Notes: generated by a model not told the origin, from the sequence alone. A stretch of 64,000 bases of DNA from Blepharisma stoltei ATCC 30299 (GCA_965603825.1 CBFDEM010000044.1:186001-250000); one strand, 5' to 3'. Shown: positions 24,242-37,550, counted from the first letter of the stretch. Numbers and translations: made by a program.

Positions 24242-26512
24242 ATGATGCAGATTCCTTTACCTGAAAAATTCGACACATACACCGATGAAAATCATTCTGT
24301 TCGAACCACAGCAAGTCTTTCTCCTGAATCTCAATATATCCAGTCAGTGTGTCTTTACTGTGGCAAATCTAAAGGAACCCTTGTACCTCTCCCAACTGGA
24401 AATCTCGCACATGTATTTTGCAGAGAAAATCGTCCATGCTGCATTTGTGGTACTCCCCATATGTGCCTACAATGCAAGCAGCCAGACTGCCCCCAAGTAT
24501 TTCATCCTTTTTGCCTTAAAAGGCTTGTCCCTTCACTTTCATCCGTCGACCAAATGGCCTATTGCGATCTTCATTCTTTAAACATAGCCAAGAAAAAAAG
24601 ATACCTGAAGATTGGTTCAGCAAAGCAAATTATCAATAAGATCGGAATCAATGAAAACGTCTTAAGAATAATAAAGGCAGCGCAAGGCAGGCATAAACAA
24701 GAAAACGTTTGCTCAGGAAATTTGTTGTGGCTCAACATTGGGATTCAATACTTTTGAAGTGAAGCAAGCACATGCAGCCTCCCAATTCTGGAGGTCAAAG
24801 AAGACAAAGAACTGAGGTTCCGCAGCCCTAAAAGCGATAATTTTGTTGAAGATTTGATAGAAAAATACGAAAAAAAGCTGCAAGACTTAGAAAAAGAAAA
24901 AAATCGCCTTTGGCCAGTCAGAGGGGCTTGTGAAGAGGAATCATTTATTGAGTCTCCATATGATTATATTTTCAATGAAATTAAATCTCTTAAATTCAGA
25001 GAAGAGCATGAAAATTTTTTAAAATATGTTGAGTCGAAATCCAAGCAAAATATAGTTGAAGACGAAGCTATACAAAGTAAATGTAAAGACGAGGTGGATT
25101 TGTTATTCAGCGAAAACTCCAACCAATCGGCAGCAGGGGAAGGAAAAGAAGTGAATAAAGAAGAAAAAAATAAGCCAAAGTCAGATAATGATTATATTTG
25201 TGAAGTATGTGGAGATGGGGACTATGAAGATGACGATTTAATTGTAATTTGCTCAAAATGTGATATGGGAGTTCATACAAAGTGCTATGGAATTGTTACT
25301 GTGCCTGAAAATGAGTGATATTGTAAAGCTTGTGAAGAAAATGTTGACCAGAAATCATTAAGATGTGCACTATGTCCGATTAAAGGAGGAGCGTTAAAAC
25401 CTACAATTAATTCTACAGATTGCTTTGATAAATACCCAAATTATGACTGGTATTGCGACTCGAAAACAATTTGGGTCCATTTATACTGCATTATGAGCAT
25501 TTCCCCTTCGTCGGTTGGGGACAAAATCTCTATGTCAAATATAGATATATCAAAGATTGACAAGCAAAAATTCACACAAAAATGCAGCATCTGCAATACA
25601 TCGAACGGTGCTTCTATTGAATGCCAGCAGTCAAAATGCTCTACTACTTTTCATCCTTTTTGCATAAAAACGAAGCTACAAAGCACGGGCTATGATGATG
25701 ACAGTTCGTATTGTCTTAAACATAAGCCTTTAAAGCTGAGAAAATTAATTGAAAATAAAGATAAAAAGGTTATACAGACCATAATGAGCTTCACTAAGAT
25801 ATATGAGAAGTCTGGAAATAAAGTCCAAAGGGCAGAGCCAGTTGAAACTGCAAAGAAAAAATTCCAAAATGGGAAGCCTTTTAATTATGAGGAAAAAGCT
25901 TTGCTACTTTCGACAATTGAAGAAAGACTTCAAGAGGAAAAGAAAGATGGGTTCAGCTTTGTGTTTAAAGCAAATCAGCCACAAAAAAGCTTAAGGTGTA
26001 AAATTGATACGAGCTGTCCTTATTGGTTTACACTGATAGACCCACAGATTATTATAGCTGAAAAGCTAACAATTCCAGGGAGGAAGCCAGAGGACTGTTT
26101 AAAATGTTACACAGATTTAATACTTCCTCTTCTCAAAAAAGAGCTACATATTCTCCAGCGTCCGAAGAACGTATTTAAACTTTCAAATAAAGGAAAAAAG
26201 AGACCAAGGGCCGAAAGAAAAACCAAACGAAAGGCCAGCCCACTCTTAATAGTAGATCAGCCAGTTTTAGATGAAATTGTTACTGAAGAACTCCATTGCA
26301 TTTGCAGAAAACCTTTTATAGAGGCAGCACCTCAGAGACCTGGAGAATCAGTAGAGGACTGGGAAAAAAGGGTTGCTGAGAATGAAATGATTTTGTGCGA
26401 CCAGTGCGAAAGTTGGTATCATTTAAAGTGTCTAGGAATCAAACCTACTCAAGTCCCAGAACACTTTTTCTGTTCAAAATGCAACCCAAAACGAACTGAA
26501 CTGTGTGTATAG
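24242..26512 (+). CDS. PHD-finger chromatin protein with PZP module (BRPF/Jade/AF10-like) plus extra PHD fingers
   Basis: CEVC..CSKCDMGVHTKCYG..E-W(TGA)-YCKAC, CALCPIKGGALKPT, WVH, ePHD, C-terminal CICRKP..CDQCESWYHLKC; TGA at 24755 and 25316. Confidence 0.9.
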
Positions 26513-26642
26513 GTTAATTAATTTATCTATAATCTTAAGTCAGAAACATTTAAAATATATTTAAACTTTATTATCATAGAAAATAATCATTAAATATTAA
26601 ATTTGGCTTAAAACCGATTTTCTCATTTATAAATACCAAAAT

Positions 26643-28140
26643 TTATAAAAACCCTTTGTTTTCAAGATAAACTTTAAGCTCTTCTAAATTTATTGCTCCA
26701 TCTCTATCTCTATCAGCTTCAATTAAAAACTGATTCCATTCTGTATTTTCTATTCCTGGGACATGAGATTTTAAGTCATTTATAGCAATTTTTCCATGGA
26801 CCCCTGAAGCATATGTCTGGAACGATTTTTTAAGCTGATCTTTATGTGATTTTTCATCCCAATTAGATGCTGCATTAAGAAATTCCACATAATCAATATA
26901 CCCTCTCTCGTCCATGTCACAATTTTTCATAACTTCTTCAACATCAAGATAGTGGCTCAACCCCAGTATTGCAGAACCATTTGCGAGGTCAGCTTCAGTT
27001 AATTTTCCACTATTATTTTTATCTAAACTTCTGAAAACGCTTTCTAATTGAGCTCTTTCTTCTTGATTTGTGACTTGAGCAGCTATAAAAGTATAAATTG
27101 ATTTTTTCAGCTTTGTTTGTGCCTATATTAAGTTTTACGCTGAATTTTTCGAGTTCTTCTTTTGCTTCTCCTTTAATTGGGATTTCAGCAATATTGTTGT
27201 TAGCGTGAGTTTTAATTCAAGGATGATTTAAAACTCTTTCTGCATTTAATCTTTCAGCAGGATTTACACAAATCATTTTGCTTACTAGGTCTTTTGCTTC
27301 GTTTGAAATAGTTTTCCAGCACCCTTTATCCATGTCAAGTTTGCAAGCTTTTATTGAGTTTATTGCTTCTTTTTCAGTTATCCCTACAAAGGGAGGACGA
27401 CCGCCTTATTAGAAATTACTAAGCATGAGATATAAAATGACTCCTGCACTTCAGATATCACATTTATGATCATATGATCCAGAAAATACTTCAGGAGCCA
27501 TGTAGAGTAAAGTCCCTACTGGATTTGTAAATTTTGACCCAGGGATTAGTCTCTGTGAAATTCCAAAATCAATTACTTTCAAGGGAGAGTCAGGATCTCT
27601 TGTAGCTAAAAGCAGATTTTCAGGCTTCAAGTCTCTATGAACAATTCCTTTTGAGTGGCAATAGCTTATTGCGTTCATAATATCTCGAAGATATTTAGCT
27701 GCCTTATTTTCACTAAATCTCATTTCACTGAGAACTTTTTCAAATAATTCGCCGCCAGTTAAAAGCTCAGTGACTATATAATAGCATGTCTCTGAGTCTA
27801 AGACAGCATAAACCTTCATTATATTGGGATGGTTCTATTTAGAGATTACAATTTCTTTCAGTATTTCTATTTCTTGCATCATTTTTCTTTGATGGTCAGA
27901 GCCAACCTTGGATTTTTGAATTTCTTTTAAAGCTCTTTCAACGCCTAAATGATTGTCTATGACTTTAAAGACTGTTCCAAATCCACCAGTTCCTATTGTT
28001 TTGACAATATCATAATAATTTCTTATTGTACCCCTCCTTAATTGAATGCTTCCTCTCCTTTCTTCTTGGTTTCTATTAGGATTACCCCTCCTTTGTGGGA
28101 GGTTTTCAGGAGGTCGATCAAGACAAAAAAGGCAGCCCAT
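26643..28140 (-). CDS. Calcium-dependent protein kinase (CDPK)
   Basis: MGCLFC; GTGGFG, HRDLKPEN, DFG, DI-W(TGA)-S, HP-W(TGA); junction and EF-hands; introns 27835-27849, 27405-27419 and 27123-27138 (16 nt). Confidence 0.94.
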
Positions 28141-28384
28141 ATTTTATGTCATTAATCATTAGGATTTAATCATATGCATTCTTTAAAACAAGAGAATTAT
28201 ATTTAAAGCATTGATTTCCTTAAATCATGAGATAACAACAATTTTTTAATATTATGTGATGGCTTTTCTATATAATAAAATAAAAAAGGAAACAGTTATC
28301 TATAATTGAGCAATAGACATAAAATTTCATCAGGGTTTTAGATTTTTATTTTGATTTTAATGGATTTTCAAAAAATATAGACCA

Positions 28385-29290
28385 ATGGGAAGCTGCTCAA
28401 GCAAGAATAAAATTGTAAATAAGCAAGCAATTATTACTACAAAAAACAATCCTTCTAGTGCAGCACATGAATCACAAGACTCTGCTGGAAATAAAAATCC
28501 TGAATTTGGGAAAGGAAAAAGCAGCATAAGTGTTTCTGAGAATCTTGAAAAGAAAAAAGGAACAGACACAGAAACCTCATTACCATATCTAAAAAATGAC
28601 ACTAAATTAATTGCTTCTGTGCGATCCCCTGACAATTTTGAATATGCCTCGAAAAATTACGAGCTTAGGAGATTTGAACTGAATGTACAAATCACTATTA
28701 ATTTGTTAATTCAAAAAGTTACAAATGGGATAGGGAATTATAAAGCCTACACAAGCAATATTAGAATTTTGATAGGGATAGCAAGGCTTTCAGATTATGT
28801 TATAAAGCTAGGCCAATGCATCTATATCTGCCCTGATTTCCCTGAGAAAGAAAATTATGCAATTTTTCCGACTAATGATTGTTATGATGAGCCTTATCAA
28901 TTGGCTGAGGTAAAAGAAGGTATTAATTTTTTAGTGCAATGCTGCAATGAAAGATGCAAAGCATATGAGAGATTGGTTGTCTGTTCTTTAGGATTTGGGA
29001 CTTTTTATTATTCTGATTCAGTTGAAAGTCTAAAATGTCCTTATTGTAAAAAATTTATTGATAAGGTCGAGTCTGTAGGATTTTATAAATGCTTTTGAGT
29101 ATTAACAAAGAGAGATGCTTTTAGTGGAAAGATAAGTGATGTTGAGGAGCAGCTTGCCTGGAATCAAACTTTGGTTGAAAATTTTGAAGAGATTGGACAA
29201 ATGGATTTGAATTACTTAGTTATTAAAGTGAGAAAAATTCCAGATTATGAGGTCTATCTCTTTAAAAGTGATGATATTTCTGAAAATTAA
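28385..29290 (+). CDS. Putatively myristoylated protein with Cys-rich zinc-binding domain
   Basis: MGSCSSK; GINFLVQCCNERC..LGFGTF..CPYC..GFYKCF-W(TGA). Confidence 0.7.
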
Positions 29291-29436
29291 CTCATAAATA
29301 AATGCCTAATTTTATTTTAAATTAATCAGTTTCCCCAATAAAAAGGATTTTTGTATCTTTTTTTACTATAAATTATTTTTAATTAAATGCTTTTTTGAAT
29401 TTGAATTTGATATACCTGTTGTAGTGACTTAATTAC

Positions 29437-30120
29437 TTACTTTTTGAATATTTTATAAGATATAAAAGCTGTCACAGTAGCAGCAATAGCTGCTCCAATT
29501 GCTAACGCTTTAAAATTCATTCCCTCTATAAACAATCCTTTTTCATTTTCAGTACTCACATTTTCAAATCTAGTTTTTTTCTTTTTCTTTTCATATTTTA
29601 ATTCAATTTCCCCTTCAAATCCTGTTGTCCTTGGAGATTTTAAAGCAGATTTCAATTTTGACGGCTTTGGAGTCAGAGACCCTTCATAAACCTCGAATTC
29701 TTCTTCCCCATCTTTTTTATGACTCGCCACAGGAGTTCTTGGTGATTTTTTTTTTAAAATTCCTTTGCTTGTATAAGTTTCATACTCTGATGATGATTCA
29801 GTAAAGGCACCAGTTGGAGATAATAAGCTACTGGATGGAGCATACTCATATTCATTAGGGAGAGGCATGGTTAAGTTTAAATCATATTGCGCATAGTATT
29901 TCTTTTTGTGTGAGTGGCTAAAATTTGAAATGTCAGGGGTTAAAGTTCTTTCAGTGTTTGACCCATTTGAGGAGGTCATATCTTGATAATCAAAAGACGC
30001 TGATAATAGATCTGAGGAGGAATTGTCTAGGTCAGCAGATAAATTCTTGCCTCTTCTGGATTGACGTTTTCGCTCAAGATATGTGCTCTTCCTACGTGGC
30101 CGAACTTTATAGTAAAACAT
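29437..30120 (-). CDS. Hypothetical tail-anchored protein
   Basis: Ser/Lys-rich ORF ending in hydrophobic ALAIGAAIAATVTAFISY followed by KIFKK. Confidence 0.65.
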   Translation of the reverse strand: MFYYKVRPRRKSTYLERKRQSRRGKNLSADLDNSSSDLLSASFDYQDMTSSNGSNTERTLTPDISNFSHSHKKKYYAQYDLNLTMPLPNEYEYAPSSSLLSPTGAFTESSSEYETYTSKGILKKKSPRTPVASHKKDGEEEFEVYEGSLTPKPSKLKSALKSPRTTGFEGEIELKYEKKKKKTRFENVSTENEKGLFIEGMNFKALAIGAAIAATVTAFISYKIFKK

Positions 30121-30343
30121 TGGTTTTATATTAAAAAAAGCATCTTTAAATACTCAAAACTTACTATTTAAAAGAAATTAAAAATACTTAGCATTTAATA
30201 TAAAGATCTATCTTTAATGTGGACTTGGTTTCCACGAAAACTGTAGAAGGATTGTTTGCTACTCATATTTCAAACAGCAGGATAAGTCTAGAAATCCTTT
30301 GTATTCCAAAATGTTAAAACAATTATTACAGCTAAGTACAAAT

Positions 30344-30871
30344 TTAACTAACACTAGCAAGCTCATTATTGATATGAGCATTTTCCATGATTTTATAATT
30401 TTGCCTTCTAATGGCGCGTACCGTTGATTTTATTGTGTCAGTGAAATGCTCATACTGCTCATTCGAAATATACAAATCGAAGTCCAGCAGCATCAAAAAT
30501 TTCTTTTCAAGATTATTAAAATCTGATACCTGTATCCCTCCTACTTTTGCATAATAGGAGTTTTTGTAATATTTATCTTCACTATATTTCGCGGCAACAA
30601 CAAGGCCAATTAGAAATAGTTTATGCAGAGAAATGTTATCAAAAATGTATTTTCTGAAGTTTGATATAAGTCTCTCTACATATATCAGTGACAGAACATA
30701 ACAATGTTCTGAACAGTGCGTGTATGTATTTAAATATGCCAAGTAATCATACATAGAAATAGATGGAATTTTGGCCTGCTCGAAGAAAAGACGTACGTTT
30801 TCTTCAGAACAGCTCGAATACTTTGAGTAGTTTTCAAGTATAAAAGCTACTGCTTCAAGTATTGATGACAT
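30344..30871 (-). CDS. PHO80/P-U-type cyclin
   Basis: IPSISMYDYL, LSLIYVERL, AAKYSEDKYYKNSYYAKVGGI, LEKKFLMLLDFDL. Confidence 0.9.
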   Translation of the reverse strand: MSSILEAVAFILENYSKYSSCSEENVRLFFEQAKIPSISMYDYLAYLNTYTHCSEHCYVLSLIYVERLISNFRKYIFDNISLHKLFLIGLVVAAKYSEDKYYKNSYYAKVGGIQVSDFNNLEKKFLMLLDFDLYISNEQYEHFTDTIKSTVRAIRRQNYKIMENAHINNELASVS

Positions 30872-30971
30872 TTTATTTTGATATAAATCCAATTATGGCA
30901 AACTAAGGTTATACCATTATGCCTTCACTGCTCTGGAAAAAAATAAAGCTAAGTTTGTTTTGATTTTAAAG

Positions 30972-31475
30972 TTATTTAAGGTTACGAATAAAAGCGAATT
31001 GGTCCAATGTGAACATATCTTTGAGGATGCCAGCAGTTTGTCTTCTCAGCTCTTGAAATTGTGCAACTGTCATATGAAAAGAAATTTCTTTTTCCCCATT
31101 GGTCATTTTTACTTGGACTTCTGGCCTGAGAACTTTGCTGAATGAATTAGTAGATAAGGATACATCAATTCTTCAATTTATATCAACAAGTCTTTCTTTT
31201 TCTTGTCGACGGCGGAATTCAGTATCAATTTCTGTAAGATTTCTAATAACGACGTCTTTTAATGCAGAAGGCCAATTTTCTTCTTCGATTTGGTGAAGAT
31301 ATTCAGATGAATGCTTACCACATTTCTTTCTAAGATATTCTATGCAGATAGTAAAGTTTTCCCTTTGCGAAAAAGGAATTTGCTTTAAGACTGTAAAATC
31401 TTGTAAAAGATATTTGGATGACAATCCAAATAAGGCAGATAAATTGTCAGCTGACAAAGTTTTCAAAGACTCCAT
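30972..31475 (-). CDS. COMMD5: COMM-domain protein (COMMD5-like)
   Basis: LVDIN-W(TGA)-RIDVSLSTNSFSKVLRPEV...FQELRRQTAGILKDM matches the COMM domain. Confidence 0.8.
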
Positions 31476-31974
31476 TTATTAAGTGAAGTTTTGCTATATA
31501 AAGGCTTCCAAATTTATAGCAGGACAAAAGAGCCATTGAAACTATAACAGATATTATGACCTAGATATTTTATAATTAAAAAATCTTAGTCTTTTACTTC
31601 AACTTTATCCTTCTTTGAGGCTTTACAAGACTTAAAAAATTTAGCACAATTGCCGAATGATTAATCTCGCAGAAAAATTGGATAAAGAAGTTTATGTTTG
31701 CAACTAAATGATTAATAAAGAAAAATTACTTTTTTATAAATTAGTGAGATCAAATAATTCATCTGTTGGGTAATTTCTTGATATATTGAGGTTTTGAGTT
31801 TTCAATATATGCATTAAATATTTGAATAAAATCGATTACTTCAATATTAAGCGTAAAGTTGTTAGTTAAGTATAAATCCTTTGAAAAAAATAATAAAGCG
31901 CTTTTGTGAAATAAAACTAATTCGTCTACATTTAATGAAAAAATGATGATTTAATCTCGCAGCTTTTATAAATT

Positions 31975-32835
31975 ATGGAAAATAGAAAGCCTCGATACAG
32001 AATATCTCACTATATATTTTTTACACTATATTTCACTGTTATTCCTCTGAAGATTGCAGCCATGAGTGTCCAAGACTGATATAAGCAAGGACAAGATGTA
32101 GATCCCCCAAAAAATAATACGTACTGGGAAGGCTCACTTTTTGAGATCTTTTCTTCTAAAAGCGTATATATCATAGGCGAAAAATCTTATGATGAACTTT
32201 CCGATCATTATTGCAAAGATAGCTACAATAATTCAGAATGATTTGACAAAGCTGCATGCGAAACTTTTACTAATTTAAATGGAGGTGGCATTAGTTTTAT
32301 TGCATTTAGCAGCTTAGAAATCTTATTTATCATTGCCTATCTGATTTTCACAGCTTTAACCACATATCAAAAAAGCTATTTATGCTTAAGGGTGTTTTTT
32401 TCTATTATATCAACTCTTTGTGGCTTTTTTGGGCTTGTTGTTATGGTTGGCACTGCGATGGTCACTTATTCAAATGCTTGCCATTCGGTAGCAGGGTATT
32501 ATTCAACACAAAGCAACACTTGTGCAATGACTGGACCTCAGCTGGATTTATTTAACTTTTTATATATTCTTGCAATATCCTTTGGATTTTGAGTTTTTCA
32601 ATGCTCAACAAAATGCGAAAATAAGATGGCTGATGAAAACAAGCGTGCCAGCTTAATGGACAACAATCGCCTGAGTCATGACCAAGGGCAAATTCCAACT
32701 CAACCTTCTCCTATTAAACAATTAAGCCCTTCTACAAATCCAGAATCTCCACAGGATATACATCGATTTGGGCAGGATGAAGAGCCAGATATGATTTATA
32801 GGGATAGATCTGAAAATGGTCAAATAATTGTCTAA
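31975..32835 (+). CDS. Four-TM claudin/amastin-like membrane protein
   Basis: One frame via three TGA; TM1, W...WEGSL, Cys pair, three more TMs, polar tail. Confidence 0.7.
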
Positions 32836-32988
32836 AGTATTGCACTTGTGAAAAGTTATTTTAAATTAAAAGTATATCGTTATGTAATAATAATCATTTT
32901 TAATCAAATTTCCTGCAATACCAACATTTTTAACTGGATTCCGAACACAACTGAAATATTAATTGTTATTAATAAATTTGGTTTAATA

Positions 32989-35043
32989 ATGATAATTTTT
33001 ATTAAAAGAAGAGATAACTCAACCCTTGAACTTACTGTAGATTCTAAGCTTCCAATTTGGGATTTTAAGAATATGATATCTATTTATACTAAGGTACCTC
33101 CAGAAGACCAAATTTTAACATTTACACTGAACAGTTCTGACATTGTCTTAGAAGATGACTATAATCTAGAATTTTATGGAGTTTTTGATAACTCATGTAT
33201 TGTTCTTAACCGTGTCAATGAGCATTCTTACAGTGCTGAAATCAAATATCAATCAGATATTACCAATACTCTAGAAAACATCAGAAGACATACAATTGAT
33301 GCTTGTTGGAAAAACGACCCATTTGACCTGTTTTTCGAATTATGTGCTAAAGGAGACTGCGATGCAATTGCAAGAGAGCTTGAAATAAATGAAAGGCTCA
33401 TCACCATTTATTCAAGTGAAGGCTGAAATGCTTTGCATTATGCAGCGTTTCACGGGAACCATATATTGGTTGATTTTCTTTTTGATTATCCTATCGATCC
33501 AAACCAGCTTACAAAAGACAAAAAATGAAGCGCCTTGCACTTAAGCTGCATTCAAGGGCATTATAAATGTACTGAAGCATTATTAAAGCACCAAGAAATT
33601 TATATTGACATTTTAACTGAATATGCAGGGACACCTCTACATTGTGCATGCTTAAGCAATTCAATTGAAAATGTTAAATTATTGTTGTCAGCAAAGGCTA
33701 ATTATGAAATTGAAAATAAAGATGGAAGGATTGCTATTGAGTTTGCTTTTGATGCAGGCATAAAAGATTTATTGAATAAATATATGGGGAATAATGATGA
33801 ACTGTCAGATATATTTGAAAGTCCGCTTTATATTCCTCACTTATTTGGAGATAGACATGTATGGGGGGTTCTAAAACACTCAGAAGGGGTTTTCCAAATA
33901 TTCAGAAGCAGAGAAGATTATCAAAGCCAAAGGCAGAATTTAAAATCGTATAATTTAAGAGAAATAAGAGAGGCAAGAAGATGCAAAAATCGGTTTTATC
34001 ATAGTGATCAGTATTTTTACTTCCATATAATGACGAATAAAAAGAGCACGGATATATATTACTGTAAAGAAGAAGAACTTGCTAATCGATGAGTCAGATC
34101 GATCTTTGCGTCACTTCTTTTAAGAAAAAGCCGCTCTCATTCTTTTTCTGCTAAAAAAGCAATTTTAGAAGAGTTTCCTGTGTCTTCACCTGATATTGGG
34201 TATTTTTCTTTTGAAGTTGATAAGCAGATTGGCATTGGATCATTTGGACAGGTTTATTTAGTAAAAGAAAAAAGCACAGAAAATATTTATGCCTTAAAAT
34301 CTCTTTCAAAAGAAAAGATTATTAAGCAAAATGTGATGAAACATATTGTTAATGAAGCAAAAATAATGCATAAGATATCATTCCCATTTATTGTGAAATT
34401 AATTCACTCATTTCATTCTCCAAGGACTTTATATCTTGTACTTGAGTATTGTCAAAATGGATCTTTAAGCTCTTTATTAAAAAAGCTGGACAGGCTTCCT
34501 TTGAATTTCGCAAAAATTTATTCAGCTGAGCTTGTAGTAACAATTGAATATCTTCATAGCTTAAATATTATTTATAGAGACTTGAAGCCTGAAAACATAT
34601 TAATTGATTCAGATTGGCATATAAAACTTGCTGATTTTGGGTTAGCAACTGAAGTTACTCCTGAAAAGCCATTATCAAAGTCATTTTGTGGGTCTCCAGC
34701 TTATCTTTCTCCTGAAATGCTCTCAAACCATGGTGTTGGCAAATCAGCAGATATTTATGGGATTGGATGTATAATATATGAACTTCTAGCAGGCTATTCG
34801 CCTTATTATTCTGATAAGTTGCCTGAACTGATTCAAAGGATTCAAAGTTCGAAATTAAAGTTTCCTTATTATGTTGATAAGATAGCTAAGAATCTTATCA
34901 AAAAATTGTTAATTAGAGATCCTGGCCAAAGGCCGAGCTTTGCAGAAATCAAAAGTCATGCATTTTTTGAAGGAATTGATTGGGATTCTTTAGCACTAGG
35001 GCAATTGCCAGAATTTGATCCAGAAAACCTACAAATTAACTAA
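32989..35043 (+). CDS. Ubiquitin-like + ankyrin + PH + AGC Ser/Thr kinase (684 aa)
   Basis: UBL (MIIFIK..VPPEDQIL..LEFYGV), G-W-NALHYAA, TPLHCAC, PH ending ANR-W-VRSI, kinase GIGSFG/YRDLKPEN/DFG/SFCGSPAYLSPE; three TGA. Confidence 0.88.
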
Positions 35044-35331
35044 TGCTAAAATATTTTGTGCATAATTCATGATTTTTATTTTTCAATTTTATAAATTGGT
35101 TATCTAATCTAACCCAAATTTAAACAATAATTTTCTTAGGATTTACATAAAATTCGTCTTTTTCAAGTATCATTATTTAATGATTGAATTCTTGTTTTTT
35201 TAATTTTATATAAAATTATTTTGACTAAGGTCTGCCTATTATAATAAACAATATAACTATTGCGTTGACAATCGCTTCATCATTCAAATTCAAAACTTTT
35301 TTAGCGCATATAAGTATAAATTTTGGCAAAT

Positions 35332-37131
35332 ATGTCAGAAGATTCATTAAGAAAGCGATTCTCTATCTTCAAAAAGAAAATACTGAATGATTCAGAGACT
35401 ACTACAGAGACCCCGCCCAGTACATTTGATGAAACTTCAATAAACTTTGAATTAAAAGGAGGACCTTATAACACAAATTTAATTGAAGCATCAGCTACTG
35501 TAAAAAATGGTCAAAATGCAGGCATGCCTCTTCCTCTCAGATGCACATGGTACAGATCAACAAACGAAAAGCAATTCGTTACAATTGAAGGAGTTAATGG
35601 TGCATTTTATCAGCCAAACGCTGACGATATTGGCTGCAAAATCTGTGTACACGCAGTCCCTGTAAGCGAAGTAGAAGAATATACAGGAATGCCAGCCTTT
35701 AATGAAGTCGGCCCTGTCCAAATCGACCCTGACATGCAAAAAACAGTGCAGGAAATTTATGAAGCGAACTATGCAGAATTTACAACAAATCTTGTAGGAG
35801 GGACAATAGAGAATTTAATCCCTGGAACTGTTAGTATCAAGCTTAGTGGGAATCTTATAAACGTATCATATAAAGACGGTAGTGATATTTTAAGCACAAA
35901 GCTTGGTATGGGTTCCCCAATCATAAATCTGTCACAAAAGACAAATACTTCCTTTTCAATGACTTTTGAGAATGAAAGAATTGATTTTAATACAGAAAAA
36001 CACACTGAAAGAGATATAATTGCTATCACTATAAGAATGTTTTGCTCAAAAGTAAGCACTGAAAACCAAGCTGACTGCTTAATTAAAATAGAGCAGCTTT
36101 CCACAAGACTTCTAAATCTTAATAAAGACTATGAAAGAACAGTATCTGCTCTTAATTTGCTGAAAGAGGAGCATAAAATCAATATAAAAACTATTGAAGA
36201 TGACAAGGCAAGAATTGCGGAATTGGAAGAAGAAAATTCCAGCCTATTAAACCAAGTTTCTGCACAAGTCGTTGTTTTTGAAAAAAATGAAACTGAACTA
36301 AAATTCCTCAGACAAGATATTTTGGTCTATAAAACCCAATGTGAAGCTTTAGAAAATGCAATTAATCAGAGAAGAATCAATGATAATAACTGGGAAATTT
36401 TATTGAGAAGCGTTAAAGAAGATTTAGAAGAAATTTTAAAAAAGCATAAATTTTGTGAAAATTGTAAAAGAATTGAAAATATTATTATTGGTGCTTTTGG
36501 AAAGCTGGATGGAAGGGTCATTAACTCACATCAGAGCTCAGCAAATTCGAGTGCAAAATCGTACCAGGATGAAGGCTCAGAAAATACAGAAGATCATGAA
36601 AAAGAAATAAGAGAGTTTAAAGACCAAATTTTAAAGTATAAATGCAAACTTAAACAGTTAGCAATAGAAAGTGCTGAGCTTGTAAATAGGGCTGAAGCTG
36701 AGAAAAATTTTTATAAAAGAAAAGCTGATTCCTTGGCTGCTGAAAATGATAAATTGCTATCAAAGCTTGGAAAGAACCCTAAAGAAATCACTACATTTGC
36801 TAAAGAACGGCAAGAATTTGAAGCAGAAAAAGAAAAAATCCTTCATGACTTAAAAGAAGCCCAAGAAAATGCTTTAAATTATGAAAAATTAGGCAAAATA
36901 AACAAGAAAAAGCTGGAAGAAGAAATAGAGAGAAATTTTGAGTTAAGGAAAATTCTCTCAAAAAAATCCAAAGCAATGACATCCTTAGACTATCAAAAAA
37001 TCATAAATTCATTAACAGTGACTGTAGCAGATAGAGAAGAAGAGTTATGCCAGCAGAAAAACATTAGCAGGGAGCTAATGAATCGAGTTCAAGAACTAGA
37101 GTCAATATTGAAGCTAACAAATGTAAATTAA
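35332..37131 (+). CDS. AIR9/SCAB-like Ig (+PH-like) domain and long coiled-coil protein
   Basis: CTWYRS..IEGVNGAFYQPNADDIGCKICV..GPVQIDP resembles A9/SCAB Ig domains; C-terminal coiled coil. Confidence 0.7.
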   Translation: MSEDSLRKRFSIFKKKILNDSETTTETPPSTFDETSINFELKGGPYNTNLIEASATVKNGQNAGMPLPLRCTWYRSTNEKQFVTIEGVNGAFYQPNADDIGCKICVHAVPVSEVEEYTGMPAFNEVGPVQIDPDMQKTVQEIYEANYAEFTTNLVGGTIENLIPGTVSIKLSGNLINVSYKDGSDILSTKLGMGSPIINLSQKTNTSFSMTFENERIDFNTEKHTERDIIAITIRMFCSKVSTENQADCLIKIEQLSTRLLNLNKDYERTVSALNLLKEEHKINIKTIEDDKARIAELEEENSSLLNQVSAQVVVFEKNETELKFLRQDILVYKTQCEALENAINQRRINDNNWEILLRSVKEDLEEILKKHKFCENCKRIENIIIGAFGKLDGRVINSHQSSANSSAKSYQDEGSENTEDHEKEIREFKDQILKYKCKLKQLAIESAELVNRAEAEKNFYKRKADSLAAENDKLLSKLGKNPKEITTFAKERQEFEAEKEKILHDLKEAQENALNYEKLGKINKKKLEEEIERNFELRKILSKKSKAMTSLDYQKIINSLTVTVADREEELCQQKNISRELMNRVQELESILKLTNVN

Positions 37132-37134
37132 CTA

Positions 37135-37533
37135 TTAATTCGAATAAGGAATTCTTACTTTCACATCATATTTCTCTTGAATTAGCTCAATCTCTTTTCC
37201 ATAATAAGAAAATGCATAATAAACTTTGGCAGCATCCATTAACCCAATAAAAAGCGCTGCAGAAATTGCGAGGTTTGCTATCGCTGAAATTGAATTCATT
37301 CTATAAAAGATTGCTCCACTTGTAAAAAGGAAAGTTAAAGGAATCCCAAAAATTATAATCGGAGCACTATCATAAGCTTTAAACGAGTTGTGTATTCTTC
37401 TTGCAATCCCTCGCTCAGGTCTTTGAAATGTATTCCACCTCTTCGCAATTTCTTCAGAAATCACCCTTTTCCTCACGAATTCCATAGAAATTTTAGAATA
37501 AATGAAGTTTTTTACACTTGCATGGTCTTCCAT
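37135..37533 (-). CDS. Small two-TM hypothetical protein
   Basis: Intact ORF with two hydrophobic helices. Confidence 0.6.
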   Translation of the reverse strand: MEDHASVKNFIYSKISMEFVRKRVISEEIAKRWNTFQRPERGIARRIHNSFKAYDSAPIIIFGIPLTFLFTSGAIFYRMNSISAIANLAISAALFIGLMDAAKVYYAFSYYGKEIELIQEKYDVKVRIPYSN

Positions 37534-37550
37534 TTATAAAATAATAAAAA

